Assembly (NCBI GenBank): GCA_002269645.1
Contig: NIVC01003000.1
Location: forward strand, 62,437 to 126,436
Reading direction: 5' to 3'
Source of the DNA: Macrostomum lignano
Lineage: Eukaryota
DNA: 64,000 nt
How positions within the stretch are numbered: position 1 is the first letter of the stretch; each line of letters opens with the position of its first letter. The notes beneath the pieces were generated by a model that did not search any database, was not told the origin of the DNA, and was given only the letters and a program-made list of their open reading frames with translations. Below, piece after piece: positions 45,721-58,170 of this stretch. The position numbers and the translations under genes are program-made.

Positions 45721-46920
45721 ATGTCTCCACAACAACCTGAAATTATCCCTTCAAATCCCAAAAAACAGACTGCAGTCATACTCTAGCGGCATAGAATTGT
45801 CCCCACAGCAAACAATAATTTACTCAGCAGTCCACAGTAGTCCACAGTTACCACCTGAGCAGTTTGCAGCTATACGCTCATAAGTCTGGAGCAAAGACAA
45901 AAACAGCAAAGAATATGGTCTGGAGGAGCTCCGTCTGCACATCTCACATCTTTAAATCTATGAAATGATCCTCCAGACCAGACAATATGATCTATATGTC
46001 TGGAGGAACTACCTTAGCAGTTTGCAGTTTGTCCCCTTTGCAGTCTGCAATGATCCTTTTGACAATCTGCAGTTCTTCTGTCGGCCGGCTCCTCAGTCTC
46101 CTGCTTAGCAAACTGCAATGATATTTTCAACAATAAAAAATTGCTAACAGTTTAGTAACGACTCATCAATCAATTTTCGATACATATCGGCAGTTTTTTG
46201 CACAAATCAGCAGTAAGCAATACCTTCATTCCTAAATAGCAAGCATCCCCAAAAAGAAAGCAATCGCAGCATCTCCCCCCGTCAACCTTGTAATCTCAGC
46301 ACTTCCCCCCATAAGCCTTTGAAACCTCAATTCAAGCGATTCGTCCAGTAAGCCATGGCATATCAGCAATTCCCCATGGGCTTTTAAAGTCAAAAATTGC
46401 CCCAAAAAGCCATGACATCGCAGCAATTCCTGATATATGCCCACAACAACCTGAAATTATCCCTTCTAATCCCACAAAATAGACTGCAGTCATTATCTTA
46501 GCAGCCTGGAGTTATCCCCTTGCAGTCTATAACTTTCATTAACATTAAGCATTTATCCCCTCAGCAGCCTAGAACTGTCCCGTCAGCAAACCACAATAAT
46601 TCACTCAGCAGTCCACAGTAATCCCCTAAACAACCTGGACTTAATCACTTAAACTGTACAGTTTTGAAACTGATGTCTTGCTATCCTATCTTCTCTGAGA
46701 GTTGTCTTGCTCAGAAGTCTATCAATCCTCCAAGCAGCCCCCCTCAGCAGTATTCAGTTTGTCCCCTTTGCAGTCTGCAGTTCTCCTCTCGGCCGGCTCC
46801 TCAGTATCCTTAGCAAACTGAAATAAAGGATCCTTTTAAGAATCTGATTTTTTTCTCAGCATTTATTACGGTTCACTAATAAATTTTCGATACATATCGG
46901 CAGTTTTTTTCACAATTCAG
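45540..46920 (+). repeat. Diverged ~710-bp higher-order tandem duplication
   Basis: Blocks at 45707/46421, ~46027/46757 and 46172/46882 recur with a 710-730 bp offset. Confidence 0.75.
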
Positions 46921-47559
46921 CCTTCATTTTAACAATAAATTTAGCAGTTTAGCAATTTGATACTTTCATGGAGCTAGGCAATACCCATTGATGCGATGAG
47001 TAATACGCGAAGCAGTTTTTTACAAATCAAATTTGCTTAGTAAATTAGCAAAATTTTTTCATTAAGTGTGCCTTGTGAATTCAACAAAAATATTCCTATT
47101 AGTTGAGCCCGAAGTTATATATAAATGAATAAATAAATTTAATTTTAATCATCCGCTGAGGAGTCAGACTCGAACCTTGGACCTTACGCCTAGCCTAAAC
47201 CTAGTCCTAGTGCCTACACTGCGGCTATTCCGCCTACTGATGGGAGGGCGCAAAAATCAGCTATATATGCTTCTGCACTGCAGTCAAATACATAGCAGTG
47301 ATAGGCTGCTCAGTGTGCACAGGTTGTGTGCAGGCAGAGCCAATGCACAAATAAGTGAAATCTATAAATAGCAATTGTCTATGCAGTCCACCCGTCAGCC
47401 AGGGTCAGAATGTACACACGCAGCCACTGAGCATTATTTTCCTCTCCCTTATTGCAGCCAGTATTGAGGCGTACACAGTAAACAGAGAAAATTTGTGGCA
47501 AATTTAAAACCTTTATCATTGAAGCAAATTAAAGAAATTTTTATCGGTACAATGGCCGG

Positions 47560-47720
47560 ACAATTTGCAATGTTTTGCAGAAAACGCGGTTAAAAATGGT
47601 TGAGGCATTCAATTTGTAGAGTGAAATTCCACAGACAGACAGACAGACAGACTTTAGAGATTTAGTATAGGTGGAGGATGGACTGTAGGTGGAGGATGGA
47701 CTGTAGCTGCATTAAAAATC
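47560..47720 (+). mobile_element. Second degenerate HINE/DINE-1-like terminus with (CAGA)n
   Basis: AAAACGCGGTT...GAAATTCC(ACAG)n ACTTTAGAGATTTAGTATAG...GGACT..GCATTAAAA parallels 44625-44672. Confidence 0.5.
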
Positions 47721-48665
47721 GTATGTCATGTGGATACTGCCGCTTTTGTTGCCAAAGTGGTAGATTTTTGGAAGATTGTAAATGTCAAAACATCAGATCC
47801 TCACGCGATGCTGCTAATTTAAACTTTCTACTCAACTTTGCCTCCATGATTGGTCGAATAGCAGGTCGACGTGGTCCCTGCCGCCCGCGTTCCTTGACTA
47901 TAGAGACTCAGAGAGCTGTTATCCAAACAGCGAGGGGTCTCGTTGAGATGTCGCAGTATCTACTATCTCACTTGTAGGTACGAATAATACGAGCTATCAG
48001 GTATTAATTAGTTTAATTGAGGTTGTATATCACTAAATATTCATGCTATACAGCTATTTTCCTTATCCTTTTCAGGTGACTTTCAATCGGATCGGCTGGA
48101 GAAGGAATTCTCTATCTACAGGCAAGGCCATGGAGGTTGCTATTTCGTATCCGTAGAAAAAATACTTATGAGTGCTCGCCTTCGTCGCATGCAAGTGTAC
48201 GCACGCCGTAAGGAGGATGCTCCAGAACAGGAGCGATCTGACTGTTGCGACAATGAATCGTCTGAGGCTGAGCTGTTACACCTGGATGGCCTGTGCCAAT
48301 ATGGAATGCATTTCGGAGAGAGTGACGTTGTACTATATTTGCGGATACGTGGTGCGCAAAGAAGACATTGTTGATGACCTATAGTGTGAGGTTTCCGATG
48401 ACTGCGCAATTGGCAGCTTGCGTCTTTGTGCTATGCCCTCTTTTTAATAGCAAAGCTGACTTGTGTCAATCGTGCAGGAAAGTTTTTTCCCTTTTCTTCA
48501 ATTCATATATGGATGTTGCCAAATTTGCTGATGTTAATGTAGGTAGAATTTCAAAACACTTTGTGAATGTCTTTTTTAAAGGACTTGTACGTCGCGAATC
48601 AGTTGCGTCCCGAATATCCCCGAATGCCAATGCGCGCAGACTTCGCAAACTCTCCAATCCCATGT
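47720..48665 (+). pseudogene. P-element (THAP9-like) transposase, C-terminal fragment with an intron
   Basis: SLTIETQRAVIQTARGLVEMSQYLL, intron ~47978-48075, GDFQSDRLEKEFSIYRQGHGGCYFVSVEKILMSARL and LYYICGYVVRK. Stops and frameshifts present. Confidence 0.85.
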
Positions 48666-48695
48666 AATATGTGTAAAAATTGACATTCACTTTGT

Positions 48696-48830
48696 GTAGA
48701 TGCCATCTGTCTAAAAAGCGTGCCGATTTTTTTGCCATTGTACTCTTCTTGCAGATGCCACCTGTCTATAAAGCGTGCCGATTTTCTTTGCCATTGTACT
48801 CTTGCAGATTCAAACAAGCGTGCCGGTATT
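48696..48830 (+). repeat. ~57-bp direct repeat x2.5 downstream of the P transposase
   Basis: AGATGCCA(T/C)CTGTCTA.AAAGCGTGCCGATTTT..TTGCCATTGTACTCTT repeated. Confidence 0.8.
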
Positions 48831-49552
48831 CTTAACTCTGTCTAGTTTTAAACAGTGAATTTATTCTGTTTTTCGGTTTTTGGTTAGTCACTCTCAACAA
48901 AAAACTAAAACGTACAACGAAATATTTTACAACAAGCGAAGTATTGTATAAAGACAACTTGCTTATATTGCATCAAAAAACAAATGCACTTCCGTTGAAA
49001 TTTGAGCTAGGGTGAAAAGGCAAAACAGGTACTTGGAAGTTTTTCAGCCATTATCAAGTGGCTACAGTTTACAGGATCCGTTGTGGTTTAGTTATAGGCG
49101 TTATTTTTAAAACTGTTTTTACATTTGCTTCATACAAGAAACCTGCTATGTTATACCACTCTAGTCTATAATTTTTGCGTACGTTTTAAAAAAAGGTATA
49201 ATATTAATATGACATCAAAAAACAATATTGAATACCTAGACTCAAAGTTCTTATTCTCAAAATCATTTGTCTTATTTCGTCTTTTGACCCTACTGGCGTA
49301 TTTATATGATACAATGCGCGCAGAACCAGTACGTCTATTTGTACCTGTACGTCTGCGATAGGTTTTCGCATGAACAAGTAAAATGTCCGCTCCACAGTGA
49401 CAATGAACGGTTTGTACTGAAGCAGCGTTTGAAATAAGTGCTACAATAAAATGAAGAGACATTAATGTAGCACTTCGAAATTCACCAGACAAAAGCTAAA
49501 TTTCGTCGCTTGAAACTAATTTCTAAGATTTCTGCATCGCGTTAATAAACAA

Positions 49553-49988
49553 CACAGATAATAAAAGAACTAGATGGGCCACTCAGGCATATATACTTAG
49601 TAAAACACGTTTCTACTTTTAGTTCAGTAGCAAGGAAGTATATATAAGCTATTTTAAAGGCAGCTGAAATGACTTCGATAAGTTAAGAAGCCCAAGCCAG
49701 CAGCCGTAAACAGCTTGCTAATTTGTTTAGCAATAATGTACATTAGCCAGCGCCAACTAAAATGTACATGGCCGCTGCTGGAATGCTAAGAAAGGCAATA
49801 AAAATGTGGGGTGGGGAGAAGGGTAGTGTGGAAATGCGCGGTTGGAAGTTTAAGTGGGGGGAAGAGTCAATAAATGAGCATTGCTTTAAAAAATACATAA
49901 AAATGCTTCCGTTTAACTTGCTACCGACCTGAAAGTAGCTTGCAAGCAAATATGCTGAGTGGCCCATCTAGTTATTCTAGTATCTGTG
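49553..49988. mobile_element. MITE-like element with ~40-bp imperfect terminal inverted repeats
   Basis: CACAGATA...AACTAGATGGGCCACTCAG(G)CATAT at 49553-49592 is inverted at 49950-49988. The interior is non-coding. TSD not resolved. Confidence 0.6.
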
Positions 49989-50389
49989 ATCACACATGAA
50001 TAAGGACTAAATTATGCGCATCCTGTGAAAAAACTACGCTTCACCGAGTTTCTGGAGCCGGTCTACATAAAATTGTATAATCAGCCTCTAATAAAATTTG
50101 AATGTTTTGTGAGTGTCGCGTCCTTTTACTTAAGTAGTCCCTGGACGAAGGCTATACACACTGCTGGCCTGATCGCCTGCATCAGCCTTGGATGAAGTCG
50201 CCAATTGTCAACGAGGTAGCGGCTGAGGATTCTCGCGTGATGTATGAGGCTTTGAGATTGTACGGATGGTCGCAGCGGTGTAGAGGTGGTTAAACTGACA
50301 GCAGAGTGCTAGGAAGCAATCATTCTGCTTCACTGCTAGCTGTGGACTTTTGCCTCCTACTTCCATCGCATTAGGAACCAGTTTCGCAC

Positions 50390-50700
50390 AATTAAGCTTC
50401 TCAAGTTGACGCTGCAGCCTGGCCACAATGGACTGCACGTCAACTTTTCGGATAATTACGCCGCGAAATACAGCAGTAGTGCAGTCAGTGAACTTTGGCG
50501 ATCAGGACAGTATCGTCCTGCATCAGGAAGTTGGCTACGTCAACGGTTGGAAGCCGACTGCCTTTATTACTGTTTCAGACGCCTTGACGTCTGAGGCTAA
50601 GACTGCCGATGCAATTGCCGCACGTCTCAAGCCCGTACTAGTTTTTTCTGGTCGAGTGCGAGAATCAGGGTTTCCGCGTTCGCCGACTGTCAATGCTTAG
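50390..50700 (+). pseudogene. DDE transposase remnant, Sola2-like
   Basis: LHVNFSDNYAAKYSSSAVS plus, after a frameshift, IVLHQEVGY...FITVSDALTSEAKT. This resembles the DFSENY...Q.T.H..V.Y...ISD.L.HD motif; the superfamily assignment is from memory. Confidence 0.45.
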
Positions 50701-51074
50701 CGACTCGCCATCCAGTCAATATCGCAGCATGAATATGATATATATCTTCCACCGTCTACTGTTGTATTGTACTTTGACATCACTGAGTGACAGTGGTTGT
50801 ACACCGGGGCTAGTCATGGCAAATGAGCTGCCAATGGTGTCGGGCGGCTGTCAAGCGCCACTGTGACCGTATTGTCGTCAGCCGAGGCTAGGTCATCACG
50901 CTACAGGACGTCCTATTGACTATACTCGTACGATCGGCTGACAATCCTATGTTATCTTGGTTGTATGAGGAGTGGGATGTTCAGGAGTTCTGCAACATAC
51001 TTGAGATGCTGAAGTTTTCCGACATACGGGACATCTCCAAGATGCATAACGTATGGCGGACCGAAAAATGGGGA

Positions 51075-51215
51075 CGCTGGAATTCGCGCGACTGGATTTC
51101 GCGCTACTTGTTTTCTGCGCGACATGATTTTTCGTGAATCGGATTTCGCGCGACCTGGAATTGAAGCGACTGTACTTCGCGCGACCGGATTTCGCGCGAC
51201 TTAAGCGACTGAATT
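51075..51215 (+). repeat. Short repeat array (GATTTCGCGCGAC-like), probable transposon subterminal repeats
   Basis: About 6 copies of TTCGCGCGAC variants. Confidence 0.7.
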
Positions 51216-53440
51216 TGAGTTGAGAGACTTTGTGTATTTTATTTAGGAGATTTTTGAAGGCAGTAAGTTTGTCTCTGAGTTTAAATCATTTTTTTAGTCT
51301 CAAGTCATTTTAAATCCTATTTCGTGTTTCCGATATTCAGTGTTTGAGTTAGATACAAGACCAGAAAATATTTGAAAAAACACACAAAGCGTGTGTTTTA
51401 CAAGTAAAACTGTTGGATTATGTTCAGTTACAATAAAGCCATTTGTTTTTCTTAAATAAGGATTTAATATCGAGGTTCTCATATGTCCTGAAGGAACTGG
51501 TGGCAGCACTACCTACGCTACTGAGAAGGCTTCCGGTTGAGAAGACGGAGAGCCCATACCACTGTGCTAGACAGCCGGAGAAGCACGAGCTATTTCAAAA
51601 TAAACCTTTTACCAACACGCTTCAAACCATGTTTAATGATGTATACCACCACTGAACTCAGAATTGAACTCTACGACGAACCAAAACTAATTATTATGAC
51701 GCTCGTAAAAAATTAATTTCTTTTTTACGCAAAGGCAAAATGTCTTGCTCCAGTAGGTCAGACATTCCAGACGTCGTTAGACGGATCAACCTATTTTAAG
51801 TTACCGAAAAGAAACCTACTTGCGTGGCGATACACCCGTCAAAATGAAATTAGCGTATTGCTGAGTCAACCGTGTGGCATTTCATGTCACAATTCTGCAG
51901 TTCTTGTGAAGAGTATGTCAAATAGCTATTGCTTTGGTTTGCATGGGTGCTTGCGCCTGTGCAAACCGGCTTTAGTGATCAGCCCGCCCCTTGCGGTCTC
52001 TGTGCATCTGTGTGGGGTGGGGGCTGGTCCCCACCCCCTCCGCCTGCTAGCCTTTTTAGGTGGGCCTCTCGCCGCGTTTTCTGACTCAATTTGCGCGCAG
52101 CTCTCCGCTTGAGGTTTTTTCAATTCAATTTTTGCTTTTAACTCAATTTTTTTATTTATTTGTAACTCGTTATAAAATACATAGCTTGGAGGTCGCTTTT
52201 TCGCTGTGCGCCTCCCGCGCGTTGCTCGCCTTGCTCGCCAATTGTCTCAATGTGCCTCTTTGTGTCTGGCTGGTCACTAATCATATTTCTTATCATTATC
52301 AATACCTTCGAAAATTTTTGTTCTCTAAATGAAAAACTTTACGCAGTGCTTTATTTAAGTCGAAGCAGCTACGCAGTATTGAAAATTGTTGAGTTATGCA
52401 AAAAGTCTTTTTGTTTTACCAAGAAATTTATTTTTATGCTTTCGCTGATCTCTAATTACCTGCTGCTGAGATTTTAGACATTATGTATGTATTCATTCGC
52501 TGTAGTGTAAGCGGAGATACTAAAGGAATAACTAATTACCTGTGGCAACTTAATAGCAACTGAAATTAGCAAAATTGGGGCTTCCTGTGAGCATCTATCA
52601 TAAACGTGTTTCAGCTTTTCTGTTTTGATCGGCCAGATTTTATAAACTTAAAATTATTAATATATTGTTTCAATAATACAATTTTGTATTGCATTGTTTC
52701 TGCACTATATATGCTAGAGGGCTACAATTGCAGCCTTTAGTTAGAAGCCAAGCATTTGGCTATTAAGACCATATTTCATGTTATTTTATGTAGTTGAATT
52801 GATTCCAGCCTATTCCACCAAAATCTCATTATTATACTGAGTTAATAATAATACAACAATGATTTGATAATAATTAAACTATAATTTAATTTCGAAATTA
52901 TTTTGTGAGTTTACATTTGATGATTGGAAATACATTATTTTCGCATTATCTGTCTCTAGGGTAGCAAACAACACAGTAAATGCAAATTGCATTATCTTAA
53001 ACAGTAGTAACCAACAACAGAAGTATGAATTGTAGGAATCGAATTATTTTGTGGTTGCGGAACGATCGATATATTGCATGCAGCTGCATGTGAAACAAAA
53101 ACAGTTTTACAATTTTCTCCTTTTTGTTTAACTGCGCCTGGTTTCTGTGTCCTGATCAAAATAAAAATAAGCATGCATTGGATTTAGAAATCTGAAAAAT
53201 CCTACGTATTTAAGTTATTAGCTGCAACCCTGAGTACAGAAAGCTTATACATACAATTATCCATAATATTATTTCTTTGTTTATCAAATCTGACATATAG
53301 TAAGCTTCCAAAGCAATGAAAACCGAAGGTCTGCAAGGGTATCAAGACATTCGGATCGTCTCATTGATCTAGAGGTCACTACTTACCGAGGCAAATATTT
53401 ATTATTTTATGTAAGGAAAACCAAGAGTTACCTTAACTTC

Positions 53441-53803
53441 GGGGGGGGGCGTAGCACAGCGGTAGCGCAGCTGCTCTGGTGTGCCAGCGACCCAGGCTCG
53501 ATTCCAAAAGCAGCCACATTAATTTGGGGCTGAATTGGAATCTCGGCTTGGCTCTGCTCGTGCAATTAATGGCCTTGAGAGCCACCCCCCAAGGCGCAGT
53601 GAAGTGTACATGTTTAACGATAATATAAAGTTAGGGCCGCTGTACACTCCTGCGTGAGTGTGTGCCTGCGTACGTATCCGCGCGCTTGTATGCCTGCTCA
53701 GGGGAGTCGGCGGAATGGGCAGTAATGCCTCTCGCCGGTTGTGTGCCTATGTCGCTTAAAGTGCGCCAGGGTGCACACAACCCCCTGCCTCTAATAAAAA
53801 AAA
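53441..53803 (+). mobile_element. tRNA-derived SINE, 363 bp, young
   Basis: A box TAGCACAGCGG and B box GGCTCGATTCC. AATAAAAAAAA tail. Perfect 12-bp TSD TACCTTAACTTC at 53429-53440 and 53804-53815. Confidence 0.9.
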
Positions 53804-54879
53804 TACCTTAACTTCACCAGGAGCAGTTCTGCACTTGCAGAAATTAGTATGACAACCTGCTTTGCCTTTGTAAGTGTGATCTTAATAATGAATAAGCAAC
53901 TGACACTGTAGAGTTGTATTAGGCAGTGGCCATGCTGTTAGTGGCTTAAACTGGCCTTACTTTGTGCTCACTGAATGCACTTCACACTAAAACATAAACA
54001 AAATATCTATAATGCGTGGAGCAGCGCGGATGCTGAAACGCAGGAACTAACCTTACCTTAAACATCAAATTAACACTTGTTTAAATATGAAAATTGCTTT
54101 AGCGTTACTTATTTTTATTTGAAACTAGGCGATGAGATCTATTAAAGCCTATGCTGGTAGAGTCGCTCGCTTAGCGAGAAGAATAAATAGAAAGCTTAAT
54201 ATCAACATTTGAATATGATTGCAATTTCTAACAACTTCAACGCGTTTCGCACACCATGGTGCATCGTCAGGATTTTATTAGAACGATTTGAGAAAGTGAG
54301 ATTGAAAACGATTGATTAAATATTGGTTTTTGCAACGTACACAGGTAAGGAGGGTAAGATTGAAAACAATTGATAACAACTTGGCTTTAACAACATACAT
54401 AGGTAGGTAGAAGAGAAAATTATAGATTGAGATTGAAAATTAAACCAAATGTACACAATTCTTGTCCAGTGGTCAAAATGCAGAATCAGGGGCGGTAGCT
54501 TAAGTAATTGAACGTCAAGCTAAGTGTACACAGCGTACACGACTGTGTCAATCACTGTTCAGAAAACGCGGAGAACATGACCTGCACCACTATGTTGTAA
54601 TTGGGTGTTGAGATTCGGGGTCTGAGCATTAATGTGCAGGGCCTCGAGAATTCTAAGTTTGGCGTCAGTATGGCTATGGTCAATGATTTTAAAGTGTTCT
54701 TCTGGTTTGCAGTCATTGTAGTTAGTGCATTCAAGGAGGTGAGTTTGTATAGCAGATGGTTTGAGCCAGTGTTCCCTGATCCTCGTGTGTATATTAGGAC
54801 CGTGTGTGTTAATTAAGACTAATTATTTTGCTAGCGACTAGAACGAGTTGAGACTTAAGAGTCTTAGACAATCTAGGTG

Positions 54880-55970
54880 AAAATAAAAGACTAAGCATTT
54901 AATAAAGCATATCAGACCGTCCTCAGACTGCCCGACACTAGCCTCACCAAGAAGTGTGCGCTAGGATGGGATGAAAAGCTAGAGCAAATCGGGAAAAGCA
55001 AGGATAAACAACGCGCGATCACCAATCACTGGAAGCTGATGGTAAAGAAAGCAGGAGTCGACCCTATCGATATAGAGCGCATAGTTTAGAATAGAGAACC
55101 CTGGAAGGACACGATGGACCGCCAAGTTAGAAAACTAAGACTGAGAGAGAGAAATCCAAGAGAAACCGCAGGGAACGACAAAGAGCCAAGCACAGGGACA
55201 GCAGAGACGCCTACATCGAGGACGCGAGCGGACAGGCTCACAGGCTATAAATGCAGATTCGACGGCTGCAACAATATATGCGCGTCGAAAGGTGGACTAG
55301 CCATTCTACCAAAATTGCATGCACAGGAGGATAGACTGTCAAACTGCCGTGCACGAACTGCCAGCAAATCTTCAGCACCGAGGCGACACGGAAGAACCAC
55401 AAGAAGTGGTGCCGCGGGGCGAAAAAGATCGGCGGTAAGAGGAAGATGCCACCAATACGACAACTGGTACAGCGTGCCACGCCCCGATACAGCCACAGAC
55501 CACCGACCAGCGCGCATCGATCGCCCGCATCTACAAGGGCGTCAGGAAGGCCTGGCCATCGTGCAGGCGACTCCTGGCAGTAACAAATATGGCGCGCCAC
55601 CGGCAATTCCTTGGAAAGAAAGGTGGAGGCCGCGAGTAAGTGTGTCCGGTAAAACCACGCATCAGGCGACAAAAGGTTTTATGATGATGATGAAAAGTGA
55701 AGGCTCCCTTTCGTGCACTGGAGCTTACTTAGTGCGACCAAAAGAGTTTACAGAAGATCACTTCAAAGCTGAAAACAGGAAAGAGAAAAGCGAAATGCAT
55801 CTGACGAAGAGTAGCAAATCGGAAAGACGGCACTGGTGCGACTGAAGAACAGTGCAGTTCTGATTCTATATCAGCAGCGACTAACTCAGAGAAATCGCAA
55901 TTAATTTGTCCGAAGTGTGACTCTCCTTAAAAAATCCCTTAAGCCATTTAAAGCACTGGCATGAAATGAG
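54880..55970 (+). pseudogene. RTE-like LINE 3' remnant with C2H2-type zinc fingers
   Basis: NHWKLMVKKAGVDPIDIERIV*NREPWKDTM followed by YKCRFDGCNNICASKGGLAI and LICPKC resembles RTE C-termini. Heavily decayed. Confidence 0.5.
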
Positions 55971-56559
55971 CTTAGAAGAGACAAAGATCATTCGAGCAAT
56001 CAAGACAGCGAATCTATCAGCGTATAGAAGTCAAAGTCTAGCACCTCCCAATATACGCCAGATGAGGAAGAAAGCAATTCAGTTCTGTCGTTATAAGTTT
56101 ACTGGTCCGACCGGGCGTAGCTTGGTTGGGTGTTAAACCATTGGGGCGTGGCTCTTGTGCGTTGGTGCGGGGGTGGTGGGCCGGGCCTTGGTCACGTGCC
56201 CGCGGCCTGGGTGGCGTTTATTTAATACGGTGCGGGCTGTCGCTGACCCGCCAAGCGCGTATTGATTTCCGGTTTCCGGTGGAAGGCTTGCCCAGTCGAC
56301 GCGGACACAATCACGCAGGGCCATTTTTAAAAATGTCTTTTGCCGGAGTTTCTAGTCCGATCGATATTATACACGCGAAGTACTGTTCCAGGATTATTGA
56401 GTTTTTAACTAGTAAGTCTCAATCTTGCTCCGATGAAAAGAAGACATATTGAAGGTCTAAAACGTTTTGGAGTATACCTGAAGAGCTCGTTTTCTAATTT
56501 CGTTTCAAAGGCTCAGTTGGCAAAGATCTTTTCTTTTAATCTGCAAGGGTTACGGAAAG

Positions 56560-56860
56560 GCCCGACTACAGGACACGAAACTTGCCGAGACATGACGATA
56601 TGCGTTTGACAAAAATAGACTGCTTTTAACGAGCTCTTAACTGTCGTTTATGTTGTCGACTTCTTTGCAGCCGCCGAATCTAAGCCTTCAGTACAGGATC
56701 CCAAGAAAAAAATATATTTACTGACTTGGTTTTTTGGCGAAGGCAACTTCCACTGCGCCGATGCAATCATCGATATAAGTAAATCGACGGATTCCGTGTA
56801 CGGAAATAATCATGTTTTAAACGGAGCGGTTGCACTTGATTACTTTTCGATTATGGTAAG
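56560..56860 (-). pseudogene. Possible LTR/DIRS-type reverse transcriptase remnant
   Basis: SSATAPF..[frameshift]..HGIRRFTYIDDCIG...FFLGI is a YIDD-type motif. Little else recognisable. Confidence 0.3.
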
Positions 56861-57599
56861 TTTCAGAGCATTAAAGTGAATTTTAACGTACTTTTGTAAA
56901 TCTCGAAAAAGGTTTTCTGTCCTAAATAATTTGAAAACAGTTAACGTCCGTACTTATCGTCATGTTGTATGACTAAAGGTGGTGAATTTCTGAGCGAATG
57001 AGACCATAATCTTGTGCAGAAGCGAATGTTGCACTCAAAAGCAACCGCTAAGCTAAGCTAAGCTAAGCAAAGCAAGAAAGCGACAAAAATTGGACTTAGG
57101 ATAGGCGATAACAACCAAGGGCATAATTAGGCACTCCAATTTATGAGCTTACACGCTCGTATAAGATGATATAATAGTCACTTATCATCCCCTTCCTTGT
57201 TCTACCCCTTACCCAAGTCCATTTTTTGTCACTATTTTTCCAAACAGCTTCTTGGTGTTACTGTGAGAATGACGTTTCATTTGTGTACGTAGGTCACTCA
57301 GACTCCACTTTATCTTAAGTTGACAGGCCCATTTGTCAGATTTATTTCTGTAACTCTAAAATCAATACATGAATGGATATTGCAGAGATTAGATCGTGAA
57401 ATTTGCGGTTGCTTCGAGAAGTCCCCCATCGTGACAACTCATATATGTACTGAGCTTTAAGAGTGTAATAGATCCATCTTTGGAAAGTTCCCGCTTGGTA
57501 ATACATGCTGTCATTTTTTTCATTTTCAATCCCAATTTGACATATGCTTCAAAGCACTTTCAGTCAGCGGTGTCCGTACTAATTTGATAACACGCAAGG

Positions 57600-58170
57600 A
57601 GTAGCTAAGAACCAAGACATTGTTATGTATCTACGTACGAGGCGGTGCAGTGGGAGACATCAACAAAGTCCATCGCTCTTATGACCCATTAGAATAGGTC
57701 CTCTTTCATCCATGCGGAGATGACTGGAGATTTGGATTAAAACTAACTAATGGAAATAGGTGAACAGCAAAAGCAATGTATTTATGTGTTGATGGTCAGA
57801 CCAAGTGTCTTTCAACGGTTTGTATTATGGTAGGTGATTGTTACAACAGTACATGGAAGATCAAACTACAAAGATTGAAAGAGATGGTCCAAATTATCTG
57901 ATTGAATGGCGACGCAACAAAAGTAGGTTTATTCTACCATCGACGTTTTTCGGCAGTCCATGCTACTTGACGGAGCGAAAGCAGGATGCCATGGCATATT
58001 TTAAAACTTTAGAGACCGGATTTATTTACAACAATGATTGTAAATTCTTTTTAGAGCGAGATTAAAGACTAACTGGTTAATGGACAGAAAGCTGCCGACA
58101 GGCCTGACATTGTAATGCGAGTTTTTATTTTTAAAAGTAATCAGCTGCTCAAACGGCTTAAAATACGGGG
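57600..58170 (+). pseudogene. Helitron Rep (RepHel N-terminal part) remnant
   Basis: HRSYDPLE*VLFHPCGDDW, QQYMEDQTTKIE, FILPSTFFGSPCYLTERKQDAMAY and DRPDIVMRVF match the Helitron_like_N motifs (YDPLQYPLLFP, ILPSSF.GSPRYM....QDAM, RPD...RVF). Confidence 0.8.

Noticed and set aside
53441-53515. tRNA gene
   Set aside because: A and B boxes are present, but no full cloverleaf or acceptor stem is. It continues into a 290-bp body, tail and TSD, so it is a SINE head.
53620-53700. HDV-like core CAC-TCCTGC-GTG inside the SINE
   Set aside because: No matching P1 5' strand, P1.1 partner or P2/J4/2 could be found.
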